IMG/VR virus record: IMGVR_UViG_2740892118_000001
Coordinates: 1 to 6,707 of that record
Direction: 5' to 3' (one strand)
DNA length: 6,707 nt
Source of the DNA: a virus
Taxonomy: Duplodnaviria > Heunggongvirae > Uroviricota > Caudoviricetes
The translations under genes and the position numbers were made by a program. Shown piece after piece: positions 4,763-6,707 of the stretch (its first letter is position 1; every line of letters begins with the position of its first letter). The notes beneath the pieces are model-generated. The model searched no databases. It saw nothing but the letters and a program-made list of their open reading frames with translations, and was not told the origin of the DNA.

Positions 4763-6707
4763 CAATGTAAAATTACAGGTATTGCTCAGGGCTGTTGACC
4801 AGGCATCCCGCCCGTTTAAATCCATCCGTACAGCGAGTAAGTCGCTGTCGGGGGATATCCGGGAAACACAAAAATCACTGCGCGAGCTGAACGGTCAAGC
4901 ATCCCGTATTGAGGGATTCCGCAAGACCAGTGCACAGCTTGCCGTGACTGGTCATGCACTTGAAAAGGCACGGCAGGAAGCCGAAGCCCTTGCCACACAG
5001 TTTAAAAACACCGAACGTCCGACCCGTGCTCAGGCGAAAGTGCTGGAATCCGCAAAGCGTGCGGCGGAGGACTTACAGGCGAAATATAACCGCCTGACAG
5101 ATTCCGTTAAACGCCAGCAGCGGGAACTGGCCGCTGTGGGAATTAATACCCGCAATCTTGCACATGATGAGCAGGGACTGAAAAACCGTATCAGTGAAAC
5201 CACCGCACAGCTTAACCGTCAGCGTGATGCGCTGGCGCGTGTCAGTGCGCAACAGGCAAAACTTAACGCAGTAAAACAGCGTTATCAGGCCGGAAAGGAA
5301 CTGGCCGGAAATATGGCCTCGGTGGGCGCTGCCGGTGTGGGGATTGCGGCGGCGGGAACGATGGCCGGAGTTAAGCTGCTGATGCCCGGTTATGAGTTTG
5401 CGCAGAAAAACTCAGAATTACAGGCTGTGCTCGGTGTGGCAAAAGACTCCGCCGAAATGGCTGCACTACGCAAGCAGGCGCGTCAGCTCGGCGACAACAC
5501 CGCCGCCTCGGCGGATGATGCGGCCGGTGCGCAGATTATCATTGCGAAAGCGGGTGGAGATGTTGATGCCATTCAGGCGGCAACGCCGGTCACACTGAAC
5601 ATGGCGCTGGCGAACCGCCGCACGATGGAAGAAAACGCCGCCCTGCTGATGGGGATGAAATCCGCCTTTCAGCTTTCAAACGATAAGGTCGCTCATATCG
5701 GGGATGTTCTCTCCATGACGATGAACAAAACCGCCGCCGATTTTGACGGCATGAGCGATGCGCTGACCTATGCCGCACCTGTGGCAAAAAATGCCGGTGT
5801 CAGCATTGAAGAAACCGCCGCAATGGTCGGGGCGCTGCATGATGCAAAAATTACCGGTTCAATGGCGGGGACGGGAAGCCGTGCCGTGTTAAGTCGCCTG
5901 CAGGCACCGACGGGAAAAGCATGGGATGCACTGAAAGAGCTTGGTGTGAAAACCTCAGACAGCAAGGGAAACACCCGACCAGTATTTACCATTCTGAAAG
6001 AAATGCAGGCCAGTTTTGAGAAAAACCGGCTCGGTACTGCCCAGCAGGCCGAATACATGAAAACCATTTTCGGGGAGGAGGCAAGCTCAGCCGCCGCCGT
6101 GCTGATGACTGCCGCGTCAACCGGAAAGCTGGACAAACTGACCGCTGCGTTTAAAGCCTCAGACGGGAAGACCGCAGAGCTGGTAAATATCATGCAGGAC
6201 AACCTCGGCGGTGACTTTAAGGAGTTTCAGTCCGCTTATGAGGCGGTGGGGACAGACCTGTTTGACCAGCAGGAAGGCGCACTGCGTAAGCTCACTCAGA
6301 CGGCCACAAAGTATGTGTTAAAACTCGACGGCTGGATCCAGAAAAACAAATCACTGGCGTCAACCATCGGCCTCATTGTCGGTGGTGCACTGGCGCTGAC
6401 TGCTGTCATCGGTGCCATTGGCCTCGTAGCCTGGCCGGTTATCACTGGCATCAATGCCATCATCGCGGCAGCAGGCGCAATGGGGGCAATCTTCACGACG
6501 GTTGGCAGTGCTGTTATGACGGCCATCGGGGCGATTAGCTGGCCGGTTGTGGCCGTGGTGGCCGCCATTGTCGCCGGGGCGTTGCTTATCCGTAAATACT
6601 GGGAGCCTGTCAGCGCATTCTTTGGCGGTGTGGTGGAAGGGCTGAAAGCGGCATTTGCGCCGGTGGGGGAACTGTTCACGCCACTTAAGCCGGTGTTTGA
6701 CTGGCTG
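4755..6707 (+). CDS. T: Tail tape measure protein (P2 gpT-like), 5' partial; the ORF runs off the window end
   Basis: The frame from ATG 4755 is open for 651 codons to the last base of the window. The N-terminal part is rich in heptad-like A/Q/R/L/K/E stretches (MSNNVKLQVLLRAVDQASRPFKSIRTASKSL...). A Gly/Ala/Ile-rich hydrophobic block follows near 6350..6600. It sits immediately downstream of E/E'. The ORF track omits it only because there is no stop within the window. Confidence 0.93.
   Translation, partial: MSNNVKLQVLLRAVDQASRPFKSIRTASKSLSGDIRETQKSLRELNGQASRIEGFRKTSAQLAVTGHALEKARQEAEALATQFKNTERPTRAQAKVLESAKRAAEDLQAKYNRLTDSVKRQQRELAAVGINTRNLAHDEQGLKNRISETTAQLNRQRDALARVSAQQAKLNAVKQRYQAGKELAGNMASVGAAGVGIAAAGTMAGVKLLMPGYEFAQKNSELQAVLGVAKDSAEMAALRKQARQLGDNTAASADDAAGAQIIIAKAGGDVDAIQAATPVTLNMALANRRTMEENAALLMGMKSAFQLSNDKVAHIGDVLSMTMNKTAADFDGMSDALTYAAPVAKNAGVSIEETAAMVGALHDAKITGSMAGTGSRAVLSRLQAPTGKAWDALKELGVKTSDSKGNTRPVFTILKEMQASFEKNRLGTAQQAEYMKTIFGEEASSAAAVLMTAASTGKLDKLTAAFKASDGKTAELVNIMQDNLGGDFKEFQSAYEAVGTDLFDQQEGALRKLTQTATKYVLKLDGWIQKNKSLASTIGLIVGGALALTAVIGAIGLVAWPVITGINAIIAAAGAMGAIFTTVGSAVMTAIGAISWPVVAVVAAIVAGALLIRKYWEPVSAFFGGVVEGLKAAFAPVGELFTPLKPVFDWL

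Noticed and set aside
4816-6679. ORFs 4816..4998 (-), 5392..5598 (+), 5590..5787 (-), 5768..6202 (-) and 6296..6679 (-) inside T
   Set aside because: The tape measure frame is open across the entire region. These are alternative-frame or antisense artefacts of GC-rich, Ala-rich coding sequence.
1-6707. CRISPR arrays, tRNA or rRNA genes, insertion-sequence ends
   Set aside because: There are no regularly spaced direct repeats, no tRNA-like structures, and no terminal inverted repeats flanking a transposase. The only significant repeats are the inversion repeats of the tail-fibre cassette.

Overview
This window is the tail-fibre and tail module of a P2-like prophage. From left to right it holds: (1) a Mu G-segment-like invertible cassette (1..1893) bounded by perfect inverted repeats of at least 72 bp (the left one is cut by the window start), each containing a 26-bp hix/gix-like crossover site. 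The cassette carries two alternative tail-fibre tip ORFs reading inward from each repeat (18..431 +, 1421..1876 -) and two convergent, 3'-overlapping tail-fibre assembly chaperone genes (428..847 +, 819..1421 -). (2) A Gin/Pin/Hin/Cin-family serine DNA invertase (1904..2497 +) sits 11 bp outside the right repeat. (3) The P2-type late tail genes follow: sheath FI (2557..3747), tube FII (3760..4278), chaperone E (4335..4610) with its -1 frameshift extension E' (to 4762), and the first 651 codons of tape measure T (4755..window end). Essentially all of the window is accounted for by these genes, and I see no unexplained coding capacity that would point to a hidden defence or other novel cargo system. 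The position between the fibre-assembly genes and FI, a known cargo hotspot in P2-like phages, is occupied by the invertase. The most unusual feature is the switch architecture: the repeats extend 45 bp beyond the crossover sites, enclose the GGAG-ATGATG start region of the tip ORFs, and carry stop codons in all three incoming frames. The tip modules therefore look like stand-alone ORFs rather than C-terminal fusions to an upstream constant fibre gene. All homology statements are from recalled family features, not database searches.
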